64,000 nucleotides of DNA, taken from the NCBI RefSeq assembly GCF_964355755.1, contig NC_092672.1, positions 1,612,001 through 1,676,000 on the forward strand, given 5' to 3'. Numbering within the stretch: position 1 is the first letter of the stretch; every line of letters begins with the position of its first letter. Under the pieces are notes generated by a model, which was not told the DNA's origin, did not search any database, and saw only the letters and a program-made list of their open reading frames with translations. The position numbers and the translations under genes are program-made. The DNA comes from Antedon mediterranea (taxonomy: Eukaryota > Animalia > Echinodermata). Shown here piece after piece: positions 20,202 through 32,472 of this stretch.

Positions 20202-20842
20202 TTTTTAATCTTCTGCCTTCATTTCTGAAAAATAAGTGTTAAATCGGATCATTATTCACAAATATATCTACTTCCGATAGGCTATGATGTATACTTATGA
20301 AGTGATGATCGTTTCATATAAATTCAATGTAACGATAAGATCAATGATTGAACTGTCTGTAGTGTGGTGCATCCGGGCAATTTATATAATGTTCTTTATG
20401 TCTTGCTACTACCCGTGCGTACTTTAGGATTGGCCAGGACAGGTTGGGCATCAGTGACAAACTGAACACAAACTAACTTCACACATCTTAATGGAATATT
20501 AGTCAAAACTAAACGAATTTACTGTATTACACTAGAATAGTTAAAATATAAAAACAGAAAGTATAAGTATTGTATCTGTTTTGTTTATTGTGATGGCCAC
20601 ATTCTGAATTGAGAGACGAGAAAAATGTGTGCTTGTTCTTTATAGAGTGTCAGATACGTTTAATTAACAGGAACAGGTCATTTTCGATCCACAACCACAC
20701 ACTCGCTCCCTCCCATTAAACGTAAAAATATTAAACTATTTTAGTAAGCCTACAAATGGGGTCCGAGTAAATATATTATTTGTAGTTCGGGTTCTGGTAA
20801 GTATTGCGCAGAATGCAAGCGGAGTGAACACCCGCTACATAT

Positions 20843-21020
20843 AGGATTATGATCAGGTTCGGCAATCACCCGAGGATTATGATCAGGTTCGGCAATCACC
20901 AGAGGATTATGATCAGGTTCAGCAATCACCCGAGGATTATGATCAGGTTCGGCAATCACCCGAGGATTATGATCTGGTTCGGCAATCACCCGAGGATTAT
21001 GATCAGGTTCGGCAATCACT
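20843..21020. repeat. 30-bp tandem repeat, about 6 copies
   Basis: GATTATGATCAGGTTCGGCAATCACCCGAG repeated. Confidence 0.92.
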
Positions 21021-22147
21021 GGCAAAATGAGATCGAATGTTAGCCTTGAATAGAACCGTACTTAAATATAACAATATATAAATACATATAAGTAATAGGA
21101 TATAATGCGTATGGTGATGGAATTCTTCAGAGAAACTCGCTGTTTGTTGACGATTATGTGACGTGGCACACAGATAGTACGTTCAGTGATATTAACAAGA
21201 CATTTACCACAACCCACACTCTCCTCCGAATAACCATGGATGCATAACCATTAGAATTATACCTATATTCTCATGTTATTGTTCCGAACTATATTAATGA
21301 AATATTGTAAACTTACAATTGGCTAAAGACTGGACTGTAACTGGATCTCGTATCTGGACTATCAATATACCGATACAGTTAAATGTGACGATTTGTAGCA
21401 GCAACTGCTCCACTCCCTTTGACGTCAACTACTGTGTAATTATTATTCATAATCCACGTATATATGCTGTATTGACTTTGGCCGTGACGTCACAAAAACT
21501 TTTCTACGGTCCAACTGTCTTTCTGTTGAAACACAATGTACACGATTATATAGACACCGTCGTACGATGTCTATAAATATCCAATTCAAAATTCACTAGA
21601 AAGTATTTTTAGAAAATTACCTAGAATCTTTTTGAATAATATTTAAAAACTGCAGAATTAATGTGTCCGACTTTTAGTCTATATTATATTCATGGTATCT
21701 TTTATTTGCAAAAACATTAAAATACAATGGCAGCCAAAAGCTGAAATAAAGTATCTTTTACAAATTACAATTAAAGATTAGTAAATAAACAGCAATACAA
21801 TTAATGGTACTATACTTACTAAAACTAAAATTTGTAATATTAAAAGGGCAATTTATGATTGCAGATAATAATTTTTCTGATATGCATATTATATCCACAC
21901 ACATTTATACAAATGTGTAAATTGCAAAAGAACTATAAATATGCATTTCAATATTCCAATATTCATTTCGTAGCAACTACGCGTCATTCTCTTTGAGGTC
22001 AACGACTACGAGATTGCGAAGTAAAGAGTGGCTGCACTGACGTCACATTATGTTTTTTGGAAACTTCAGTAAATGAAGGACCTTTAAACACATGATTTGT
22101 GGCAGTTGTACAGTGTATTATTTTCATATTAACGTTTTTATTGAAGT

Positions 22148-22971
22148 CATAATATGATAGGTGATTGCAATCTGTATCATAGTCGACATTGTATTCGCTG
22201 TGTCATCATAATATATGTGATTGCAATCTGTATCATAGTCCACATTGTATTCGCTGTGTAATCATAATATGATATGTGATTGCAATCTGTATCATAGTCT
22301 ACATTGTATTCGCTGTGTAATCATAATATGATATGTGATTGCAATCTGTATCATAGTCTACATTGTATTCGCTGTGTAATCATAATATGATATGTGATTG
22401 CAATCTGTATCATAGTCTACATTGTATTCGCTGTGTAATCATAATATGATATGTGATTGCAATCTGTATCATAGTCTACATTGTATTCGCTGTGTAATCA
22501 TAATATGATATGTGATTGCAATCTGTATCATAGTCCACATTGTATTCGCTGTGTAATCATAATATGATATGTGATAGCAATCTGTATCATAGTCTACATT
22601 GTATTCGCTGTGTAATCATAATATGATATGTGATTGCAATCTGTATCATAGTCCACATTGTATTCGCTGTGTAATCATAATATGATATGTGATAGCAATC
22701 TGTATCATAGTCCACATTGTATTTGCTGTGTAATCATAATATGATATGTGATTGCAATCTGTATCATAGTCTACATTGTATTCGCTGTGTAATCATAATA
22801 TGATATGTGATTGCAATCTGTATCATAGTCCACATTGTATTCGCTGTGTAATCATAATATTATATGTGATAGCAATCTGTATCATAGTCTACATTGTATT
22901 CGCTGTGTAATCATAATATGATATGTGATTGCAATCTGTATCATAGTCTACATTGTATTCGCTGTGTAATC
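22148..22971. repeat. 59-bp tandem repeat, about 14 copies
   Basis: TCATAATATGATATGTGATTGCAATCTGTATCATAGTCTACATTGTATTCGCTGTGTAA repeated. Confidence 0.93.
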
Positions 22972-23604
22972 TTAATTGAGTTGTTTTTCGTTATACGTCA
23001 CAATTGGGTTCTTGTTACCAGCACGCTATTAAGGAAGTTATCAAAACGATCTCTTTTATGATCTCTTTCCTTATAAATCCAAACTGGCAGAATGTTGTCT
23101 TTCTGGTGAAGGAAATAAAACTAATGTTTAAAAGAAAAATGAAACAAATTCCAAGATCAGATCTTCAGATTATTGTTACATGTGCATATGGCCTATCATA
23201 ACATAAGGAAGATAAGCACAATATTATCTTGTAGCCATTTTTGTTTATAATAGATAACATTTCTCAACTTACTCAACTTAATTGTTTTCTGATGTATTTA
23301 TTTACAACAATGTTTATAAGAATAAACGTGCAATAGTGTGATGTACCCAAATATGGTAGTGATATGACATCATCGTGTTCATATAAACATCACATTTTTG
23401 TTGTAACATAAAATTTAATAGTGTAGACAGAGCTTAAGAAGCAAAACCTTACAAACTGAGGATCAATAATCGTTTTTCTTGTCTGAATCCACCTCTTTGT
23501 TTACCTCACAATTGTTTTTGCAAATAACGTTACACAGTATCGATGGAAATGAAAAAATAACCAAACATCCAATTAGTTTACAGTGTCTTATTCTGACGTA
23601 ATTA

Positions 23605-23890
23605 CTGTTCTCGTACGGTATGACGTCACTTGCTTCCCGCCCACAGTGTTGTCTGCCTATATTAGCGTGGTACAATGTTGTCTACAAATGTTCCCGTACG
23701 GTATGACGTCACTTGCTTCCCGCCCACAGTGTTGTCTGCCTATATTAGCGTGGTACAATGTTGTCTACAAATGTTCCCGTACGGTATGACGTCACTTGCT
23801 TCCCGCCCACAGTGTTGTCTGCCTATATTAGCGTGGTACAATGTTGTCTACAACTGTTCCCGTACGGTATGACGTCACTTGCTGTCTACA
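23605..23890. repeat. 83-bp tandem repeat (about 3.3 copies) carrying CRE and E2F/GC-box-like motifs
   Basis: CGTACGGTATGACGTCACTTGCTTCCCGCCCACAG... at about 23612, 23695, 23778 and 23861. Confidence 0.9.
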
Positions 23891-25683
23891 TTAAAAACAT
23901 TCTGTAACTTAGTATTTTGCGGCATACGTTAGTATCTTGAACCTTTTAAGAAGACCATTCATTTTGCAGTCGCTTCATTTTTACATGAAGAAACCGTTGA
24001 GGCAATTCATCCAGCATTCGAAGAATGGGAAAACATGAACATAAGACCCATATAATAATATTACTCATGCATCATCATAAAGGCATAAAAGAAAAGGTTG
24101 ATATTATTGTAAAGTATATTGTCGGTAAAATGGTGAATTTAATCTAATATTTCGATTAAACACTATTACATCATTGTAAGATGATGATGACGCACGCGCA
24201 CATGATTGTGTATCAATAGCATAATTTGTGTTTCCCCGAAAAGTAGTGTTTAAATAGAGGGCGTCGATCTTGAATAAGGCAGGTCAAATCTTGCGTCTAT
24301 GTGCGTTTCTAGTGTAAACATGTAAAGCATTAAAATGAAACATGCCTTAATGACTTAGATTTGAACATTAGTAGGCCTACAGAGCTTGATGATTTAGATT
24401 TTGACGAGATTGCGAAATTATTAAAATGAGTGATTGACGTCACATTAGGTTTATAAACTTCAATAATGGAGGACCTTTTAAGCATTTGTGGCAGTTGTAC
24501 AAACTATTGTATTAATTATAATAATATTCAATTTCAATTCAATTTCAATTAATTTCCACAATATAATAAAATACATACATAAATGCAACGAAGAAGGGGG
24601 GGGGGAGAGGGGGGAGAGTCATATAAGTCATAAAGATCGCCTAAATTGTTTAGTAGGCTATATTAACTTTACAATACTTAGTGTTGTATATTCTGGTACA
24701 GCCGCTCCATAATCTCTTTGCTTTTCTTCCTTATATCTATATTTTTTTAATTTATACTAACAAATGTCTTTTTATTAATATTATAATAATAATAATATAT
24801 CAAAAATTTATTCAATAATATTTTTCGCATAATATGCAATCTACGATAATTTAATTAATTGATATAAAAAATGTAGCCTAATAAATAAATAACATCATTT
24901 GAATAAAAGAACAGAGCACACATCTACACATAATCATAACATCGTATACTCTATCTCTATATAACAATTTTTTCAATCTTCTATCGACTAAAGCCGAGGT
25001 ATAGTTGTTATCTCGGAACCGTTCTATGGTTACCACCAGGTAGGCTTCTTCTTCTTCATTAAGCTTCTATGAATGGATGTACTGGTTGGGAGCAGGAACG
25101 CTAGTAGACCAAACCCAGTACCGTTTTGATTACGATCAATCAGGAAATTACCTCACGATATTAAAGTCAAAATGAGATGATGAGATTTCAATCTGTATCA
25201 TTATTGTATTATTTCGCTGCTGTTTACTCGTAATTGAGTTGTTGTTCTTCTCGTTACGTCACAATGGGTTCTTGTAATACTATAGCGTTAAGGAAGTTAT
25301 CAAAATAACAATAATCTCTTTAAAATCTTGAAATATTGTCTTTCTGTTGAAGGAAATAAAACTAATATTTAAAAGAAAAATGAAACAAATTGCAAGATCA
25401 TATCTTCAGATTATTGTTACGTCACTCATAAAAGCCTATCATAACATAAGGAAGTAAAGCACAATATTATCTTGTAGCCATCTTGTTTATAATAGATAAC
25501 ATTTCTCAACTTACTCAACTTAATTGTTTTCCCGATTTATTTGTTTACAACTTTATGTTTATCTATAAGAATCAATGTGCAATAATCATAACGGTATTCT
25601 CTATTTAACAGTATTTTCTGGAAGCAAAACCGTTTTAGGCCTGTAGGCCTAACTGTTGAGGATCATACGATGGTCATTGCATT

Positions 25684-28600
25684 TTGGTTGTACTCGTGCA
25701 CAGTGATAATGAATAGGATACGATTAAAATCAGTGTGAAGCTTTACCACTGTGCGCTAACTATACCCATCTTGGTTGTACTCGCGCACAGTGATAATGAA
25801 TAGGATACGATTAAAATCAGTGAGAAGCTTACCACTGTGCGCTACTATGCCCATGTTGGTTGTACTCGTGCACAGTGATAATGAATAGGATACGATTAAA
25901 ATCAGTGTGAAGCTTTACCACTGTGCGCTACTATACCCATCTTGATTGTACTCGCGCACAGTGATAATGAATAGGATACGATTAAAATCAGTGAGAAGCT
26001 TTACCACTGTGCGCTACTATACCCATCTTGGTTGTACTCTAAAATCACTGAGAAGCTTACCACTGTGCGCTACTATACCCATCTTGGTTGTACACGCGCA
26101 CAGTGATAGTGAATAGGATACGATTAAAATCAGTGAGAAGGTTACCACTGCAGTGCGCTCTATACCCATCTTGGTTGTACTCGCGCACAGTGATAATGAA
26201 TAGGATACGATTAAAATCAGTGAGAAGCTTACCACTGTGCGCTACTATGCCCATGTTGGTTGTACTCGCGCACAGTGATAATGAATAGGATACGATTAAA
26301 ATCAGTGAGAAGCTTACCACTGTGCGCTACTATACCCATGTTGGTTGTACTCGTGCACAGTGATAATGAATAGGATACGATTAAAATCACTGAGAAGCTT
26401 ACCACTGTGCGCTACTATACCCATCTTGGTTGTACTCGCGCACAGTGATAATGAATAGGATACGATTAAAATCAGTGAGAAGCTTACCACTGTGCGCTAC
26501 TATACCATCTTGGTTGTACTCGTGCACAGTGATAATGAATAGGATACGATTAAAATCAGTGAGAAGCTTACCACTGTGCGCTACTATACCCATCTTGGTT
26601 GTACTCGCGCACAGTGATAATGAATAGGATACGATTAAAATCAGTGAGAAGCTTACCACTGTGCGCTACTATACCCATCTTGGTTGTACTCGCGCACAGT
26701 GATAGTGAATAGGATACGATTAAAATCAGTGAGAAGCTTACCACTGTGCGCTACTATACCATCTTGGTTGTACACGCGCACAGTGATAATGAATAGGATA
26801 CGATTAAAATCAGTGAGAAGGTTACCACTGTGCGCTACTATACCCATCTTGGTTGGGATGCTAGTCAAGTCGCCCCATCGCAAAGTCGCCCCATACAAAG
26901 TCGCCCCTTACACAGTCGCCCCATCGCAAAGTCGCCCCAAAACAAAGTCGCCCCGACACAGTCGCCCCATCGCAAAGTCGCCCCATCGCAAAGTCGCCCC
27001 AACGCAAAGTCGCCCCATCGCAAAGTCGCCCCATCACAAAGTCGCCCTATCGCAAAGTCGCCCCAAAACGTTAAAAAATAGTTTACAAGTGCGTAAAATG
27101 TCGCAATGATACACAAAATAACACGGAACGTGTATGCATAAAAGGGGAAGTCCCGCCATGTAGTCTCAGGTTACACGATCGTCACGCACCCCCATCATCA
27201 GAGAGGAAACCCCGACTAATCACTCCGCGGTCGCACTAACGTGCTAGCTTACCAGAGGGAAACCCCCGTAATTACTCCGCCGTTGTCGCACTACAACGCA
27301 TCATCTGAAGATGGGGAAACCCCGCCGGAGTTTTACGATATCAGTCGCGTTCGAAATCGGTCGCGTTTAATTTTGGTCGCGATAAAATGATGTTATACGA
27401 TCTAGATTATTTTTACTTTGGTCGATGAATATTTATTATTATTAGGCCTATATTAATAATTGATTTTTGTTTTTATTTTACAGGTCAGTATGATGAGAAA
27501 GATGTGTGCCTTAAAAAATGACAATTTGTAAACATAGTTTAAGATTATAGTATTATCCAGCATAATGTAATGTCATTTAACAGTACACTACATAATTATT
27601 TAAATGTGAAATATTTTATAGGAAACGTAGGCTGCGTCTGTGTCTTTTATTTTATATGCAACAAATTACGTAAAACAATTTATTTATAAACATTCAGTTT
27701 ACTATTATATACATTGTATTACAATGAACATTGATTGTAAGCCTGGAAAGGCAATCCCATCATTATATCCATTATAAAATTGCATCATATCACCACTATA
27801 TGTCGTAAATGATGACGTGCGTGTGTGTATTCGTCGTACGTCCGTGTACGTATTACTCCGTGCCTCTGTCTTGTTTAATTTAAAATTAAATAAACACCCG
27901 ATATGAGGATATTTATTAGGCATGATAATTAGAATGTTCTATAACCAAAAGGGTTGAAAAGAATTTCTTCAGTAAAATGATCATTGTGCTGTTGAATAAA
28001 AGGCGACTCGCCATCTGAAACATTCTCTGAAACCAATCGGAGCTGCGCCTTCTGGTATCTGTTTCCTCACAGCTGCTACGTCTTTCTGCTGACCGTCGGG
28101 GACTCCCCTTTTTAAAAAACACGCACACGATACTGTACGATGGTTTTTCCATTGTCAATATGTAGCGTTTTAAATTTTACTAATTTTAAAATCATATTAA
28201 ATTAACATTTTCGAAACTATAAATCAGGGATAATCTTTTTAGAACTTTCAAACAAGGGAGTATTTTTTTAATGATTTTTAAAAGCACATCACTCCATTAA
28301 AACCTGTAAAATAAAAATTAAAACACAAATTATGTATATAATAGGATAAACATTATAATGTATGCGACATTTAGCGCGACCAAAGTAACAACGCAATCGA
28401 TATCAAACGCAACCGATATGATTAAAACAGCGTACTACTAGCGGCGGCGCTTCATAATCATACAGAAATAAAACCGTGGGCGACTTTGCGATGGGGCGAC
28501 TTTGCGATGGGGCGACTTTGCGTTGGGGCGACTTTGCGTTGGGGCGACTTTGTAATGGGGCGACTTTGCGATGGGGCGACTGTGCCGGGGCGACTTTGTT

Positions 28601-28948
28601 TTGGGGCGACTTTGCGATGGGGCGACTTTGTATTGGGCGACTTTGTATGAGGCGACTTTGCGATGGGGCGACTTGACTGGATCCCCTTGGTTGTACTCGC
28701 GCACAGTGATAATGAATAGGATACGATTAAAATCAGTGAGAAGCTTACCACTGTGCGCTACTATACCCATCTTGGTTGTACACGCGCACAGTGATAGTGA
28801 ATAGGATACGATTAAAATCAGTGAGAAGGTTACCAATGTGCGCTATTATACTCATCTTGGTTGTACTCGTGCACAGTGATAATGAATAGGATACGATTAA
28901 AATCAGTGAGAAGCTTTACCACTGTGCGCTACTATGCCCATGTTGGTT
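25684..28948. repeat. About 85-bp tandem repeat array interrupted by a transposon
   Basis: TTGGTTGTACTCGCGCACAGTGATAATGAATAGGATACGATTAAAATCAGTGAGAAGCTTACCACTGTGCGCTACTATACCCATC at 25684-26855 and 28686-28948. Confidence 0.93.
26856..28685. mobile_element. Foldback-type non-autonomous DNA transposon with tandem-repeat-containing TIRs
   Basis: 8-bp TSD CTTGGTTG. Arms of about 200 bp built from AAAGTCGCCCCATCGC units in inverted orientation, GG termini. Degenerate inner ATCGGTCGCG-type ends at about 27340 and 28375. Confidence 0.88.
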
Positions 28949-30174
28949 TAATACTAGCGAACAGTGATAATGAATATGTCTGAATCCACCCCTTTCTTTA
29001 CTCTACCGAGAACAATTGATTTTGTATCGATAGAGTATAGATTCCACACGAAAAATAACGCGAAATAGTAACACGCGAAAACAAATAAAGTTACCACGCG
29101 AAAAAAATTAATAATTATTATAGCAATTTTATTTCTTCTCATGCCTATTGATTTGAATATCACAATACGTTTTATTTGGCATCTGATTTGACTCTCGATC
29201 CTCCCTAAACAAAATACTTACCTTTTAGTTCGTGTGTCAATCATTTATATTTTGTTATGTTGCCGCATACAAAATGTTGTATTTTTTTTTTTTTTTGTAA
29301 ATTCACTATTTATTTCAAAACAAATGATAAATACAAACACAACATAGAATAACAATAAACCGAGAATTGAAGCTACCTTAATTATAGCAATAAATGTAAA
29401 GTGCACGTGTGAAGGTAAAAACGCGCGCGTTGTTGATCAATGCATTTGACCTTCCCATAATGTATTGGTGCGTGTGGAATAAGCTAGGTACGTAGAGTCA
29501 GGAATGATGTCAGGAATTGTTTGATGATTTGTGAATTCTCATAAAAGTTTGCGGTAGGCCTACACCGTGCACGTATATTATTAGTTCTGAAAAGAACTGA
29601 CGTGAGTTTCTCAATACTATGCTTTGTTTGATCGTCCCATCCATAGATCTTATTATTATGATCGTCCTTAGAAATGAGAAGTGTGTTTTCTGATTCTCCC
29701 GAGGATGGATCAAAGTATAATTAATTTATTTGATTGAAACGTCGAGAAACTCAACAATTCATTCATTTCAGAACTGACGCGTGGTGTACTGCAAACTTTA
29801 TATAAACATGATTTCGTCATGAAAACCTTCAAACAATTCTCATATTCTTCCATTTTCTTTCTTTGTCCGGGCTTTGTCCAGTTGGCATTTATCATCTTAT
29901 CTTTTTTGCATGCTATGAGTGTTTTTTATGCTAAAATAACTCGCATCTTCACCGTTATGATGATGACTTAGCATATCGCACCGTCACTGCGCCGACAATA
30001 TATTACAAAACAATTGTTGTTGTTTTGTATTTATATGCTTGGTAGAAAAAAAAAACGACATTGTGATGAAAAATTAAATTGGTAAAATAAATAATTGTTT
30101 TTCAAAAACTGCGGTCTCATGTTGTCCGTTGAAGGCGCTCTTTGGTATATATTTAAAACGAGTAGACCGGGGGA

Positions 30175-32300
30175 GCGATTTTTTTTTCCGTACGAGAGTT
30201 CCTCCATCGGTTCGTTTCGGACTCAATCGACTCTCTTCGGTATTCGGTAAAGTCAGCTCACTGATGCGTGACAACATAATACAATTTACATTTACAAACC
30301 GCGAGCTTACTTTCACACAGGCTCTCACAATAGTAAAATAAATCTACACTAATACGAGTTTTGATTGACATTAATTAATAACTAGGCCTACTTAGTAATT
30401 ACATTAAGAACCCAATAGCATATTAAAGATATTTAGGTCTACGACCCAATAGTAGTAGGTCGTATCAGATATTATTTTTTGAAGTTGAACGACCTTTTGT
30501 CACGAACGAGAGGCTCTTTTCTTATGGTATTGCTATGTACTAGCCCAGCTAGCCATAGCCAAGCTTGTGTAGGCCTAGGCAATGTATTACTTTATTTAAA
30601 GCCCCATTCCCTACGTTTTTTAGATCTAATTTAAGATCACAAACTATATTTAATGTAAAAATAATACTATATGATCCTATTGTGATAACTTTTTTCGTCT
30701 TTAAACGGTTAAAAATGTGAAAAATAAGTCGATTCTAATAATTATAGCGGCCCGCTATAAATCCCAAAATGCATTGCGCGCAGATTGATATTTTTGTTTT
30801 TCACCTGTAATTCGCCCACTTTTCGATCGATCGTGAGGCCAAAACAAATGGAAGACTCCTAACTTTTCAGCGAAAATACCGGGTTTTCCCCAATTTGTAT
30901 CAACGGAGTCTGGCAAAAATAGAAAGACAATTAATGCAGCAACTATACAACGTCAGGCTAGGTATATAGGTAGCGTACGATGTTCGTACGTTACCGATGT
31001 TTACCAGCTAGGCCTACAAAACTAAGCCTAGCTAGGCTAGGCCTAAGACCGTCCACGAGAGGTCGATCGCCGCGAGCTACTTAGGTAGTGCATTGTTTCT
31101 CACTTTTTATCATAATTTACCATAAAACGTACATTTAAGACAAGGAATGACATGGTTTAATGTTTTTAAAGTGATATATATGTATTATTTTCCAAAAAAC
31201 GTCCAAAATTGCAGGGAAGGGGTCTTTAAAATGATTATGTACAGAAAGAATTCCTATGCACAGTGTATGTTTTTTATACCTTTTAAAATAATATTATTAA
31301 ATTAATATTTATATTGTAAGCTGATGGAAATTTTACGTTAAAGATGTACGTATTATCCCCAATCATGAAAAATAAAGATTTCAGACTTTTAATATAGGCA
31401 ATTTTGGAGTTTTAATTAAGTTATTGGCCTACAACTATTATTGTTTATTATGTGTATATGTAATTTGGAAAATAATAAAAAATACATGCAAAGTAAAAAA
31501 ACATTCAATTACGGTACTGACACGACTACAAATACATTTAATAATAACACATTTTCAAGGAAGCTTGTGATACTATCATCTTATCATGAAGATCGGTTTT
31601 CTGTATTCCATTCTTGATTTTATTTTTTTTTATTAAAAAAAAAATGTTCATTTTAATTCAAAATGTCCACCGGCCAAGATATCAATAATTATTAAATTAA
31701 CACAATATAAACGCTTTATAAGCAAGCATGTGTTCTATCATGAAGTACTCCATGGTTTACATTACAACTTACCAGAATACATGTTACTAGGCCTGTAAAT
31801 GTACAATTTTTCAAATGTTCACACTTAAAAACCTCTGTTAGTGTTACTGTACATATAATTTCTAACCTACTACTTCATTTTATTAAAATAAAAAATAGTA
31901 CTGTAGATGGAAATGTACTATTGAAGCACACGTAGGGCTAGGCCTCCTTGCTTGTGACAACCAACAAAATAAGTGCTGCTGCTGCTGTGTGTGTGTTACT
32001 GTTTGTGAATCTGATGGTACATACATTGGTTTGTGGCTGCCTATACAGTATTATAAAATTAAAATAATTATTATTATTACAATGAGGTTCAGTACTACTA
32101 TTAATATTTATTATCATATTTACAGTGAGTATAGTATAATTAATAGGCCTAGTATAAATCTGTCACTCGTGCAAAAAAGCTGCTCACGTTTTGTCTTGTG
32201 GTTGCTGTCGCGCATCAGTGAGCATCGGTGGCTTACCGAAGAGTCGATTGAGTCCGAAACCAACCGATGGAGGAACTCTCGTACGGAAAAAAAAATCGCG
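30175..32300. mobile_element. Older inverted-repeat element (about 100-bp inverted arms)
   Basis: GCGATTTTTTTTTCCGTACGAGAGTTCCTCCATCGGTT...TCGGACTCAATCGACTC at about 30175-30275 is inverted at about 32205-32300. True ends and TSD not resolved. Confidence 0.6.
30600..31225. mobile_element. 626-bp Kolobok-like MITE, second copy
   Basis: TTAA TSD and AG...CT termini. Nearly identical to 16944-17569. Confidence 0.87.
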
Positions 32301-32472
32301 ACCGGCGAGTAGACACAGCGCGGCCTTTATGAATAATATAAAGGTGTAGGCCTAGGCCCTACCTAGGCCTGTTGTAGTTTCTTCTAAGAGCCACAAAACT
32401 TAGGTAAGCTGGGTGGTGTTTATAGTTTTTTTCTGTTTTACGCTAGTCTTCTCTAGACCTACTGGTGACTAG

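Noticed and set aside
20750-21043. VIAEPDHNPR repeat ORFs
   Set aside because: Translation of a 30-bp minisatellite with no splice or start context linking it to the NLR.
26017-28836. Many short ORFs with KVAP/SRP/GRL repeats
   Set aside because: Products of tandem repeats and transposon arms; no transposase motifs.
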